DNA from: Candidatus Coatesbacteria bacterium
GTDB taxonomy: Bacteria; JAFGND01
NCBI GenBank assembly: GCA_016927185.1
Contig: JAFGND010000087.1
Coordinates: 1 to 45,416 of the forward strand
Direction of reading: 5' to 3'
DNA length: 45,416 bases
The notes beneath the pieces were generated by a model that had not been told where the DNA came from, did no database searches, and saw only the letters and a list, made by a program, of their open reading frames with translations. The translations under genes and the position numbers were made by a program. Below are positions 18,890 to 28,600 of this stretch, piece by piece; position 1 is the first letter of the stretch; every line of letters starts with the position of its first letter.

Positions 18890-19548
18890 TGCTCGATATT
18901 TATTCTCTCTTTATAGCTCAGGTAATTATTGCCAGGGTGCTCAAGAAGAATGAAACTGTGTCCTTCAGATGCTTTTTCCAAAACAATCCTGGTTACTGCC
19001 TTGATATTTTTTTCATCAAGGCTTGAAAAAACCTCATCTAGTATGTAAATTGACGGATCGGAAACCAGCAGGGACGACAGGAGAAGGATTTTTCTTGATC
19101 CATGACTTAACTCTAAAGGGTTCTTTTTTTCTAACTCCATGAAATTGAAAAGTTCTGCCACTTTTTTATATTTTTCTTCAATTATCTGTCTGTCTATACC
19201 TTGCCATACAGCATTGAAAACAATCTCATCAAGAACGTTATCAGTGAAGCAATATGAATAGGCATCTTGAAACAAGAGACCCATTTTAAGAGCTCTTTCT
19301 TTTATAGGTTTATCAGTCAAATCATTATTATTGAAGAAGATGCTTCCTTCAAGGTATCCTTTCAGATAATCTGTATGCATACCCATCAAAACTTCAGCAA
19401 GGGTAGTTTTGCCTGAACCTGAAACTCCCTCAATGCATATTATTTGCCCTTTTAAAATGCTAAAATTGATATTGGAAAATGCATTTCTTGATGTATTCGA
19501 ATATCTGAAAGACAGATTGCTGACTTTCAATTCAAAGTTTTCAGTCAT
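18865..19548 (-). CDS. ECF-transporter-type ABC ATPase
   Basis: Walker A GVSGSGKT, LFQD, LSHG signature variant, YILDE, EH. Confidence 0.85.
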   Translation of the reverse strand: MTENFELKVSNLSFRYSNTSRNAFSNINFSILKGQIICIEGVSGSGKTTLAEVLMGMHTDYLKGYLEGSIFFNNNDLTDKPIKERALKMGLLFQDAYSYCFTDNVLDEIVFNAVWQGIDRQIIEEKYKKVAELFNFMELEKKNPLELSHGSRKILLLSSLLVSDPSIYILDEVFSSLDEKNIKAVTRIVLEKASEGHSFILLEHPGNNYLSYKERINIEHQGEGQHE

Positions 19549-20015
19549 TTAAGCAGTCTTATTTCATATATGTCTTTTACCCATCTATGCATATATTCAT
19601 CTTCAGTAAAAGCTATTCCAATTTTGCTGGTAGAAGGCTTGTAATTAGCTTTGTCAAACTCAGCAAGAATCAAAAGGACTTTTGAATCCATGTCTTTCTT
19701 GCTTATTTTAGATTGATAACCATCTCTTGCAAGTACAAGCAAGTCATTGTAATCATTGAAGTTATTGGTGGCAGATTCAATAAGATTCTTCAGAACATAA
19801 CCTTCCACATTGAAATCATTATATTTTGCTTTGACAGTATTTAAATTTCTCATGAAATCTGCATCCAGTATTTTATTTGAGTTTCCCCATACAAGTCTTA
19901 CTTTGCCTTGTTCAGGAGGTGGATTCTCTTTAGCAGTATTTGCAATAACCAAGGTAATGGCAAACAAAACAATTGTAACTGCAAAATAGACATATTTCAT
20001 TTTTTTCTCCTTCAT
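19545..20015 (-). CDS. Exported hypothetical protein
   Basis: N-terminal hydrophobic segment; ARDGY and RWVKDI resemble the molybdopterin-oxidoreductase-like fold; 4-nt overlap with the ATPase gene. Confidence 0.6.
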   Translation of the reverse strand: MKEKKMKYVYFAVTIVLFAITLVIANTAKENPPPEQGKVRLVWGNSNKILDADFMRNLNTVKAKYNDFNVEGYVLKNLIESATNNFNDYNDLLVLARDGYQSKISKKDMDSKVLLILAEFDKANYKPSTSKIGIAFTEDEYMHRWVKDIYEIRLLK

Positions 20016-20073
20016 ATACCCTTTCTATTAGAAATCCATGAAATCCTCGATTAATTGAGCTATTTTTGTAAAG

Positions 20074-20868
20074 CTAAATCCTCCATGGTTTTCTGCATCT
20101 TATTATAATGGAATTTGTTATAATCCTGGAATCTGCAACTTCAGGATATTTGACAGAAGTCTCATCATCAGCATGAGGTTCACAGAAATATTCAAGAATA
20201 AAACCTGATTCTATAATCATATTCAACCAGGCTGAAAGAGTTCTCTTGAAAACAGGGATTCTGAATTTCCTTAAGCTTTTCCTTAGGTTTTCAGGAGCTG
20301 CACCAAAAGTCCATTCTTCAATTCTGACTTCAGGCTGATCAAAATAATTTCCACATACAACACCTATTTTATTCCCTTCATTATCATATACCCAGCTGTA
20401 CAAGGGGGTTTGAAAACATGGATGTGATATAGAGAATTGAAGGAAACCTTCAGGTTTCAGCACTCTGAAACATTCAGCTATAACTATTTCCTGATCCGGC
20501 ATGTTCATTATTGACATTGTTGCAATAATGAAGTCAAAAAAATCATCCTTGAATGGGAGGAAGTTACCTGAGGCAATAAGATAGTCTATTCCTGTATCAG
20601 TATTCCTGTTTTCTTCAGAAGCTAATTTTATAAAAGTCTTTGATATATCTATTGCATATATCTTTGCACCCTTGCCTGCAGCAAGCTTGGTATTATATCC
20701 TTCTCCACAACCTAAATCCAAGCCTCTTTTTCCTTTAATATCAGGTAGTATGTTGAAAAAAGCAGGTGAATTGACCAGATTTCTGAAAATATCATAACCT
20801 TTTCTTGCAAGGAATGTCCATACTTCAGCATTTTCATCCCACATTTTTCCAACTTCAATATATTTCAT
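20074..20868 (-). CDS. Class I SAM-dependent methyltransferase
   Basis: LDLGCGEG, AIDIS, LPF.D..FD, RVLKPEG, SISHPCF; start at 20868 after AAAGGAG. Confidence 0.92.
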   Translation of the reverse strand: MKYIEVGKMWDENAEVWTFLARKGYDIFRNLVNSPAFFNILPDIKGKRGLDLGCGEGYNTKLAAGKGAKIYAIDISKTFIKLASEENRNTDTGIDYLIASGNFLPFKDDFFDFIIATMSIMNMPDQEIVIAECFRVLKPEGFLQFSISHPCFQTPLYSWVYDNEGNKIGVVCGNYFDQPEVRIEEWTFGAAPENLRKSLRKFRIPVFKRTLSAWLNMIIESGFILEYFCEPHADDETSVKYPEVADSRIITNSIIIRCRKPWRI

Positions 20869-21161
20869 ATCATCTCCTTTCATCTATAATAAAGCAACAT
20901 TTCGCATATGTGCTGATACTGACTTTATAAAAACAATATGCCTCAACCTTGCTTCCTGATTTTACTTTACTGTCAATGTAATATTTGAAGAACTCAGATA
21001 TTTCTGATGAAAACTTTCACTGCGTAGAGTATTCATAGTATATTAATGTCTGCTTGCTTTTTTATATAGGGGTTTGTAATCTTTTGAGTATTGCTTGACA
21101 TAAAGAGAGCCTTTTTTTCCTGTGGCAATAATACTTTTTAATTCGCTTAAGCAGGAGTTCT

Positions 21162-22346
21162 ATGGATATATTTCAGAAATGCTTTGCTTTTGATAGAGCC
21201 ATGATTGCCAAGAAGGAAGGTTATTATCCATATTTCAGTCCGATTAGCTTCAATAAGCATGGCAGATCTATCATTGGCAACCGTGAAGTAATTATGATAG
21301 GATCCAATAATTATCTTGGATTGACTGATAATTTGAGAGTAATTGCGGTTGCAAAAGATGCAATTGATGTATATGGATCAAGCTGTTCTGGCTCAAGATT
21401 CTTGAACGGAAATCTGGACTTGCACCTGGAACTGGAAGAAAAGCTGGCGAAATTCATGAACAAGGAAGCAGCTCTTGTTTTTTCAACTGGTTATCAAACT
21501 AATCTTGGAACAATATCAGCTCTTGTTGGAAGGAATGATATAGTAATAATAGACAAGGATGCACATGCATCGATAGTTGATGGTTGCAGACTTTCTTTTG
21601 GAGATCTCAAGAGATACAAACATAATGATCTTGATGATTTAAGAAGAGTTATGCAATCCTGTGAAGAAGACAAGGGAAAGCTAGTAGTAACAGATGGTGT
21701 TTTCAGTATGGGGGGAGATCTTGCCCCATTACCTGAGATAGTCAAGATATGTAAGGAATATAGTGCAAGATTAATGGTTGATGATGCTCACAGCATTGGC
21801 GTTATGGGAAAAAATGGTCGGGGAACTGCTGAACATTTCGACGTGGAAAATGATGTTGATATAATAATGTGTACTTTTTCGAAGAGTTTTGCTGGTTTAG
21901 GTGGATTTATTGTTGGATCGAAGCAGGTAGTTGAATATATACAGCATGTTTCTCGACCTTTAATTTTCAGTGCAAGCATGCCTCCTGCAGTAGTAGCTAC
22001 AGTGTTAAAGACACTTGAAATCATAATTAATGAACCAGAAAGAAGAGAGAAACTCTGGAATATATCCAATTTTATGCTTGACGGGTTTAAATCCCTGGGT
22101 TTCAATACAGGAAACAGTGTTACTCCAATAATCCCCATAGAAATTGGTGAAGACATGGATTGCTTCTATTTCTGGCATGATCTCTATAAAGCAGGTGTTT
22201 TTGCAAATGCTGTAATATCACCAGCTGTACAGCAAGGTCAGGCAATGATAAGAACAAGTTATATGGCTACTCATGAAAAATCGGATATGGAAAAGGTTTT
22301 GGAAATTTTTGCAGATATTGGTAAGAAAAAAGGAATTATTCACTAG
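21162..22346 (+). CDS. PLP-dependent alpha-oxoamine synthase, serine palmitoyltransferase-like
   Basis: GYYPYF..IS, MIGSNNYLGL, GSRFLNG, AHASIVDG, DGVFSMGGD, VDDAHS, TFSKSF (PLP Lys), IRTSYMATH. Confidence 0.88.
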   Translation: MDIFQKCFAFDRAMIAKKEGYYPYFSPISFNKHGRSIIGNREVIMIGSNNYLGLTDNLRVIAVAKDAIDVYGSSCSGSRFLNGNLDLHLELEEKLAKFMNKEAALVFSTGYQTNLGTISALVGRNDIVIIDKDAHASIVDGCRLSFGDLKRYKHNDLDDLRRVMQSCEEDKGKLVVTDGVFSMGGDLAPLPEIVKICKEYSARLMVDDAHSIGVMGKNGRGTAEHFDVENDVDIIMCTFSKSFAGLGGFIVGSKQVVEYIQHVSRPLIFSASMPPAVVATVLKTLEIIINEPERREKLWNISNFMLDGFKSLGFNTGNSVTPIIPIEIGEDMDCFYFWHDLYKAGVFANAVISPAVQQGQAMIRTSYMATHEKSDMEKVLEIFADIGKKKGIIH

Positions 22347-22358
22347 TGAGGAATAAAA

Positions 22359-22625
22359 ATGGCTCATAAAAAAGGTGTAGGAAGTTCAAGGAATGGCAGG
22401 GATAGCAAACCTAAAATGCTTGGTGTAAAGCGTTATGGTGGAGAATATATCAAGGCTGGAACTATTCTTGTAAGACAGAGAGGAACTAAAATTCATCCAG
22501 GTTTAAATGTGAAGCGTGCAGATGATGACACTTTATTCGCTTTGATTGATGGATTGGTAACTTTTGAAAGATATGACAAGAATAGAAAAAAGGTCAGCAT
22601 CTATCCTGTAGAAAATCAAGGTTAA
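22359..22625 (+). CDS. rpmA: 50S ribosomal protein L27
   Basis: [16 protein letters not shown]...LVRQRGT. Confidence 0.99.
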   Translation: MAHKKGVGSSRNGRDSKPKMLGVKRYGGEYIKAGTILVRQRGTKIHPGLNVKRADDDTLFALIDGLVTFERYDKNRKKVSIYPVENQG

Positions 22626-22741
22626 GAAATATATATGGATTTGAAAGAAGCAGAAGAAAAAACAGATACTTTTTTCTTGACAGAGCTTTACCAAAAAAAA
22701 TCTAAAACCCTTATTATAACTAGTAATAATAAGGAGTAGTA

Positions 22742-23071
22742 ATGAGGAAGCAATCTAAAACAGCTAAAACAAGACCTTTTAATCAGAAAGCAATGCAAAA
22801 GGTTAAGGGTAAGCTTATTATTATTGAAGAAAGATGTAAAGGTTGTGGTTTTTGTGTAGAATTCTGCCCTAAAGGGGTTTTATATGTCTCTGACAGGTTT
22901 AACAAATCAGGTTATCATCCTCCCGAAATAGATGAAACAAAAGATTGTGTCATGTGCAGGCTTTGCGAGCTTATCTGTCCAGAATTTGCTATTTATAATG
23001 AGGAAGAATCAAAAGGATTTATTGATGAGGGGGAAGAAGAGCATAAGCTCAACAAGGAGGCAAAGAACTGA
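22742..23071 (+). CDS. 2-oxoacid:ferredoxin oxidoreductase delta subunit (2x4Fe-4S)
   Basis: CKGCGFCVEFCP and CVMCRLCELICP; first gene of the operon. Confidence 0.9.
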   Translation: MRKQSKTAKTRPFNQKAMQKVKGKLIIIEERCKGCGFCVEFCPKGVLYVSDRFNKSGYHPPEIDETKDCVMCRLCELICPEFAIYNEEESKGFIDEGEEEHKLNKEAKN

Positions 23072-24219
23072 TGCATGGTGAATTTTTCATGAATGGAGAT
23101 ATAGCATGCGCTGAAGGAGGAATTTCTGGAGGGTGCAGGCTTTTTGCCGGTTATCCAATCACTCCCGCAACTGAAATAGCAGAAAGAATGTCTCAGCGTT
23201 TACCTAAAATAGGGGGAGTCTTTATTCAAATGGAAGATGAAATAGCTTCCATGAACTGCATACTTGGAGCTAGCTGGGGTGGAGTCAAGAGCATGACAGC
23301 TACTTCTGGTCCAGGTTTCAGTCTGATGATGGAAAATCTGGGTCTGGGAGTTATTACTGAAACTCCCTGTGTGCTTGTAGATGTTCAGAGGGGAAGTCCT
23401 AGTACAGGACTGCCAACATTGGTTGGACAGGCTGATATGATGCAGGCAAGATGGGGCAGTCATGGTGATTATGAAATAATAGCAATTTCTCCATGGTCTC
23501 CACAGGAAGCTTATGATTTTACAATAAAAGCTTTCAATTTATCGGAGAAGTACAGAACACCAGTATTAGTGATGACTGATGAGGCAGTTGGACACATGAC
23601 TGAAAAAGTGACAATCCTGCCTGAAGATAAAATAGTACTTGAACCAAGAAGAAAACCTCCCTTGCCCCCTGATAAATTCAAGTTGTATTCTTATGATGAA
23701 AAAAATATTCCATGGGCACCTAATGCAGGAGACGGTTACAGGATACATGTAACTGGTTTAACTCATGATGAAAGAGGTTATCCAGTTGTTAATGCTGAAA
23801 CTCAAAATAAACTGGTTAGAAGACTGGTTAATAAAATCAGACTGAATGAAAAGGAAATAGCAGATTATAAGGGATTTTATATGGATGACGATCCAGAAAT
23901 AGTAATTGTTTCTTATGGCATAACCGCGAGACCATCTCTTTCAGTAGTAAGAAGATTGAGAAAAAAGGGAATGAAGATTGGTCTTTTGAAATTAAATGTT
24001 GTATGGCCTTTTCCTGAAGATGTCATCAGGAAAATTGCTTCCATAGCAACATCCATGTTTACTGTCGAAAACAATCTTGGTCAGGTTTCTATAGAAGTTG
24101 AGCGAGTTAATTTTGGAAGATGCCCTTGTTTTCAAATCGGGCATGCTGGAGGAGAAATCCATAGTCCTGAAGAAATAATAAAAGAAATAGAGGTGTCATT
24201 AAAAAATGGTCATAGATAA
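23071..24219 (+). CDS. 2-oxoacid:ferredoxin oxidoreductase alpha subunit
   Basis: AGYPITPATE, QMEDEIAS, TATSGPGFSLM, QRGSPSTGLPT. Confidence 0.95.
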   Translation: MHGEFFMNGDIACAEGGISGGCRLFAGYPITPATEIAERMSQRLPKIGGVFIQMEDEIASMNCILGASWGGVKSMTATSGPGFSLMMENLGLGVITETPCVLVDVQRGSPSTGLPTLVGQADMMQARWGSHGDYEIIAISPWSPQEAYDFTIKAFNLSEKYRTPVLVMTDEAVGHMTEKVTILPEDKIVLEPRRKPPLPPDKFKLYSYDEKNIPWAPNAGDGYRIHVTGLTHDERGYPVVNAETQNKLVRRLVNKIRLNEKEIADYKGFYMDDDPEIVIVSYGITARPSLSVVRRLRKKGMKIGLLKLNVVWPFPEDVIRKIASIATSMFTVENNLGQVSIEVERVNFGRCPCFQIGHAGGEIHSPEEIIKEIEVSLKNGHR

Positions 24220-25036
24220 ACATCCAATGGATGATTGGCTGAGGAAGGACAGAATACCTCATATCTGGTGTCCAAGTTGTGGAATTGGAATTGTTGCAAC
24301 ATGCTATATTGATGCATTGAGAGCAAGTGGAATAGACAGAGACAAAGCTACTGTTATAAGTGGAATAGGTTGTACAGGAAGAATACCAGGATATATGAAT
24401 CTTGACAGCTTTCATACAACTCACGGCAGAGCTCTTCCATTTGCTACTGGTATTAAACTTGCCAATCCTGAACTGAATGTTACAATACTTTCAGGTGATG
24501 GTGATTTGTTTGCTATAGGAGGCAATCACTTCATACACGCAGCAAGAAGGAATATTGACTTGACGGTTATCTGCGTCAATAATTTCACTTATGGAATGAC
24601 AGGTGGTCAGGTAGCACCTACTACTCCTATGAAAGCAATATCAGCAACTTCTCCTTATGGGAATTTTGAGCATCCTTTCAATCTTGTTCATGTTGCTTCA
24701 GCAGCTGGAGCAATTTATGTAGCAAGATGGACAACATTACATGTAAGGAGACTGAGGAATGCAATTCTTGAAGCCATGACCAAAAGAGGATTTTCGTTTA
24801 TTGAAGTTATATCTCCATGCCCGACATCTTATGCCAGATCCAATAAGCTAGGTACTGGTCTTGATATTATGAGATTCTATCAACAAAGATCCGTTATAAG
24901 GCATGGATTTGATCCAGCTAAAACTGATATAACAATGTCATCAGAAATAATTGTTGGCAAGTTTGTTGATTCTGAAAAACCGACTTTTACAGACAATTAT
25001 GAGGAATATTGTAAGAAACTAAAGGAGAATAAATGA
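24206..25036 (+). CDS. 2-oxoacid:ferredoxin oxidoreductase beta subunit
   Basis: WCPSCG, SGIGC, HTTHGRA, TPP motif GDGD...NN, YGMTGGQ. Confidence 0.95.
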   Translation: MVIDKHPMDDWLRKDRIPHIWCPSCGIGIVATCYIDALRASGIDRDKATVISGIGCTGRIPGYMNLDSFHTTHGRALPFATGIKLANPELNVTILSGDGDLFAIGGNHFIHAARRNIDLTVICVNNFTYGMTGGQVAPTTPMKAISATSPYGNFEHPFNLVHVASAAGAIYVARWTTLHVRRLRNAILEAMTKRGFSFIEVISPCPTSYARSNKLGTGLDIMRFYQQRSVIRHGFDPAKTDITMSSEIIVGKFVDSEKPTFTDNYEEYCKKLKENK

Positions 25037-25587
25037 TGCATTATCAAATCCGCGTAAGTGGTTTTGGAGGACAAGGTATAATTCTTGCAGGTTACATTAT
25101 TGGCAAAGGAGCATCTATATATGATAGATCTAATGTCTCTTTTACCCAGAGTTATGGACCGGAGGCACGTGGAGGAGCTTGTTCAAGCCAGGTAATAATT
25201 TCTTCAGAAGAGATAGACTATCCCCATGTAACTGATCCTGATGCAGTAATCATAATGAGTCAGGCTGCATATGCAAGATATGGAAAAAACTTGAAACCAG
25301 GTACTTTTCTTTTGACGGATAGCGATCTGGTTAAAGTAGATCCTGAAGATTTAGTTAATATCAAGCATTTTTCAATTCAAGCGACCAAGTTTTCTGAAGA
25401 TCTTGGAAAGAAGATTGTTGCAAATATAGTCATGCTTGGATTTTTCACTGGAATTACTGAAATGGTAAGCAGGGAAGGAATGCTTAAGGCAATTGAAAGC
25501 ACAGTTCCCTCGAAGATGTTTGATATTAATAAAACTGCATTTGAAAAGGGTCTACAAGAAGCTGAAAAAGCTAAAGTAGCTGTTTAG
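25033..25587 (+). CDS. 2-oxoacid:ferredoxin oxidoreductase gamma subunit
   Basis: GFGGQG, QSYGPEARGG, ANIVMLG. Confidence 0.95.
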   Translation: MMHYQIRVSGFGGQGIILAGYIIGKGASIYDRSNVSFTQSYGPEARGGACSSQVIISSEEIDYPHVTDPDAVIIMSQAAYARYGKNLKPGTFLLTDSDLVKVDPEDLVNIKHFSIQATKFSEDLGKKIVANIVMLGFFTGITEMVSREGMLKAIESTVPSKMFDINKTAFEKGLQEAEKAKVAV

Positions 25588-25698
25588 AAAAAATAAAGAT
25601 TGTTTAGTTAAACAATTATTAGTAAGGATTTTGTTCATTATTGTTTATCAATGCATTTGAATTTGCTTCATTTTTGCTGACATCAAAGGAAGTCTTTT

Positions 25699-28600
25699 TT
25701 GGCTAAACCTGGCTATTTTTGCACTCCATTAATATTCAATCAGCTGAGCAGGATAAAGGAAATTATCTCAGATAATAAAACCAGGCATGCTGTAGAATAT
25801 CTGGATTTCAGAAGGATTGTACTGGCTATCTCATTTACCTTTTCAGGAAAGAATAAAGAAGAATACAAGGCTAATAATGCTTTTTTCAAGTACACAGGAG
25901 ATATTCTTTGCAAAGCAGGTTTGATACCACTTGGAATAATGAAACCTGTTCTTTATTTCGCCTTTAATGAGAATACTAATAAAGAAGAAGCAATTATCCT
26001 GGCAAGAGCCATAATGATGAAATTCCAGCAGAAGCAATTCAAAAAAGGTTATATCAAGATTTTCAAATCACTTGAACCACTGGAAATAAAAGCAGCACTT
26101 TTTGAAGGGAATCTGACTGTTTCTCTGCTAAAACTTGGAAGAAAAAGACAGAGTTTCATTTTTGGCACTGCATTTGATGCAGTTACTGAATCGCTTACCA
26201 ATACTGCTCCCTGGATGATAGCATTTCCTTCAAGCTGGCAAAGAGAGAACGAGGATCTTCTCGATTTAAGTACTGCAAATGGTCAGCTAGTCTTTCTTAC
26301 TCCTAGGGGAGAGATGGCAGAAAAAGCAAGAAAACAAATTTCCTATAAACTGGATGAAATAGCAGGTTTTCTCAAGGAATTCAGCTTACCTGATTTTCCT
26401 GGAAAACAAAGGGAATTTGATGCAGAATGCAATCTGGAATATTTTTGTTTCAAGGGACATTTTCCAGTAAATTCAAGTATTGCTTTAAAGAAAAGCACCT
26501 GGAATCAAATATTCAAGGAAATTGATTATTTGTTATCGCGAATACCTGATAGCATTGATTATTATTATCTTATAAACACAAAGGCAAATAGCTGGTTTTT
26601 TGAATTATTAGTGAATTCAGATCATTCACGATTACCTTTTATAAAAGAAAGCGAAATCAATCTTCCAGGTTTTTCAATCAGAGATAATTTCAAGATAAAC
26701 ATAATCACTCTGGGGAGTTATAAAAAGGTAAACCTCATTGATAGTATTAGTGATTCAGCAGATGAAGTACTATCAGGAGTTTCTGTTAATGATAAAATTC
26801 TTTTTATTGAAAGAGCTGATAAAGAAGGTGCTGATTTAATTATCAAGAATGGTGATGCTTTCAGGAAAAGGACTTTGCTTGTTACTGAAGAGAAAGCATT
26901 AGATAAAGAAATAGCTGTTGAGAATAAAGATGCAGAAAAAGCTGCAAAACCTAAAATAATAATATATACTCCCCAGCAAAAAACCAGAATTGCTTATCCT
27001 TCAACAAGGGAGGTTTTTGCAGGAAGGGAACAAGAAAAGAAAATATTAGCTAAAGCATTAAATGAGCAATTTGCTTTTGTTGAAATAACAGGGGAAGCTG
27101 GTATTGGTAAAACCACCTTGATAAAGGAGTTCTCACGGAATGCTAATGCTAACCTGTTTTATGGTTCTGGACAAAGCAGACATGGTAATATCCCTTTATT
27201 TGCTGATATTTTAAATAATATATTAGCAGTTAAGTTTCCGATTGAATTTTCAGCATTGGAAAAGGCCTTTTTCTCTTATATTGGCAAAGCTTTCAGCAAA
27301 ACACCTGACAGGGAAAAGATAATAGCAAAATGGACAGAGATTTTCCCGCTCTTTTCAGAAAGTGTATGGGGAGTAAAAAGCAATAAGTGTTTTTTAGATT
27401 GGCCTTCAGAAGCCGTTAACAAGTTTATAGATGATGTTTTCATTGATTTCATCAAAAATCACGGAATGACAGGTAACAAGAAGCTATTGATATGTATTGA
27501 TGATGCCCATAAACTAATGATTTCTGACAAGAACAGATTAAAGAAGATTGTTTCAAGGCTATATAATGTTCAAAATGAGCAATCTGTTTGCCTGGTATAT
27601 ATATCAAGATCAATAGATAAGCTAGATGATAGAATTATCAAGAATTGGTGTTTTCACCATATTGATTTGGGGAAATTAGATGCTAACGAATGCAAGACAA
27701 TTATCAGTAGTTCAAGAAATAAAGACAAGATAACAACAGAGATTGAAAAAAGGCTTATTTCTTTTGGAAATCCTGTTTTTATCAAGCTTGCAGAGTGTGG
27801 AATTCTACCTGAAAGAAAAGACAAGATTCAGGATGCAGTTCATGAATATTTGCAGAAACTCGGAACAGAAGAAAGAAAGGTTATCAGTATTCTTTCATGG
27901 TCAGGAAATGAATGGAATTTGAATCATCTTAAAGAGATTTACAAGTTCAATTTGAAAAACATAGATGAGATTAAATTTTTCTTTTCAGACCTGGATATAA
28001 AAGAGGGTTCTTTTGCTTTTAGATGCCTATTTTTAAGAGATATCATTGTTTCCGAAATTCCAAAAGAAGACAAAATAAAATTGCATGCTAAATGGTTTGA
28101 TCACCTTAAGATATTGCATCAATGCAGTAACTGGACATCAGATTTATCTCTATGCTTCTATCATGCTTTTGAATCAAGAAGATATGAAGAAGCTTCTGAG
28201 TTGGGAATGAAATTAGCAAGATTATTTCAGAAGGATGAACAATGGAATGAATTGGTTAGAGTTTTAAGAAAGCTTGAAATGATTCCAAAACCTTCAAGGA
28301 TGCTTACTTTCACTATATCCCTATTTTATCTTTACTATTTTCTTCATCAGGATTCTCTTCAGGAAATAAAAAGAAGGATAAATCAACTTGATAAACTTGT
28401 CAGAAATATGAAGGATAAAAAAGAGATAATTGAATACTGGCTTCTCAAGGCAGAATATTCAAAAAGATATGAGTCCAGAATACTGGCTCAGGAGATGATA
28501 CTTGAGCTGCAAAGACGTGTAAAAAGATGGAAAGACGAGGAAATTCAGGCAAGCATATCTTTTCTTATAGGTAGCATAGCATTCAAACTTGGTCAATACA

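Noticed and set aside
20884-21060. Possible small minus-strand ORF upstream of the methyltransferase
   Set aside because: Frames are short or lack a start and RBS; no recognisable protein
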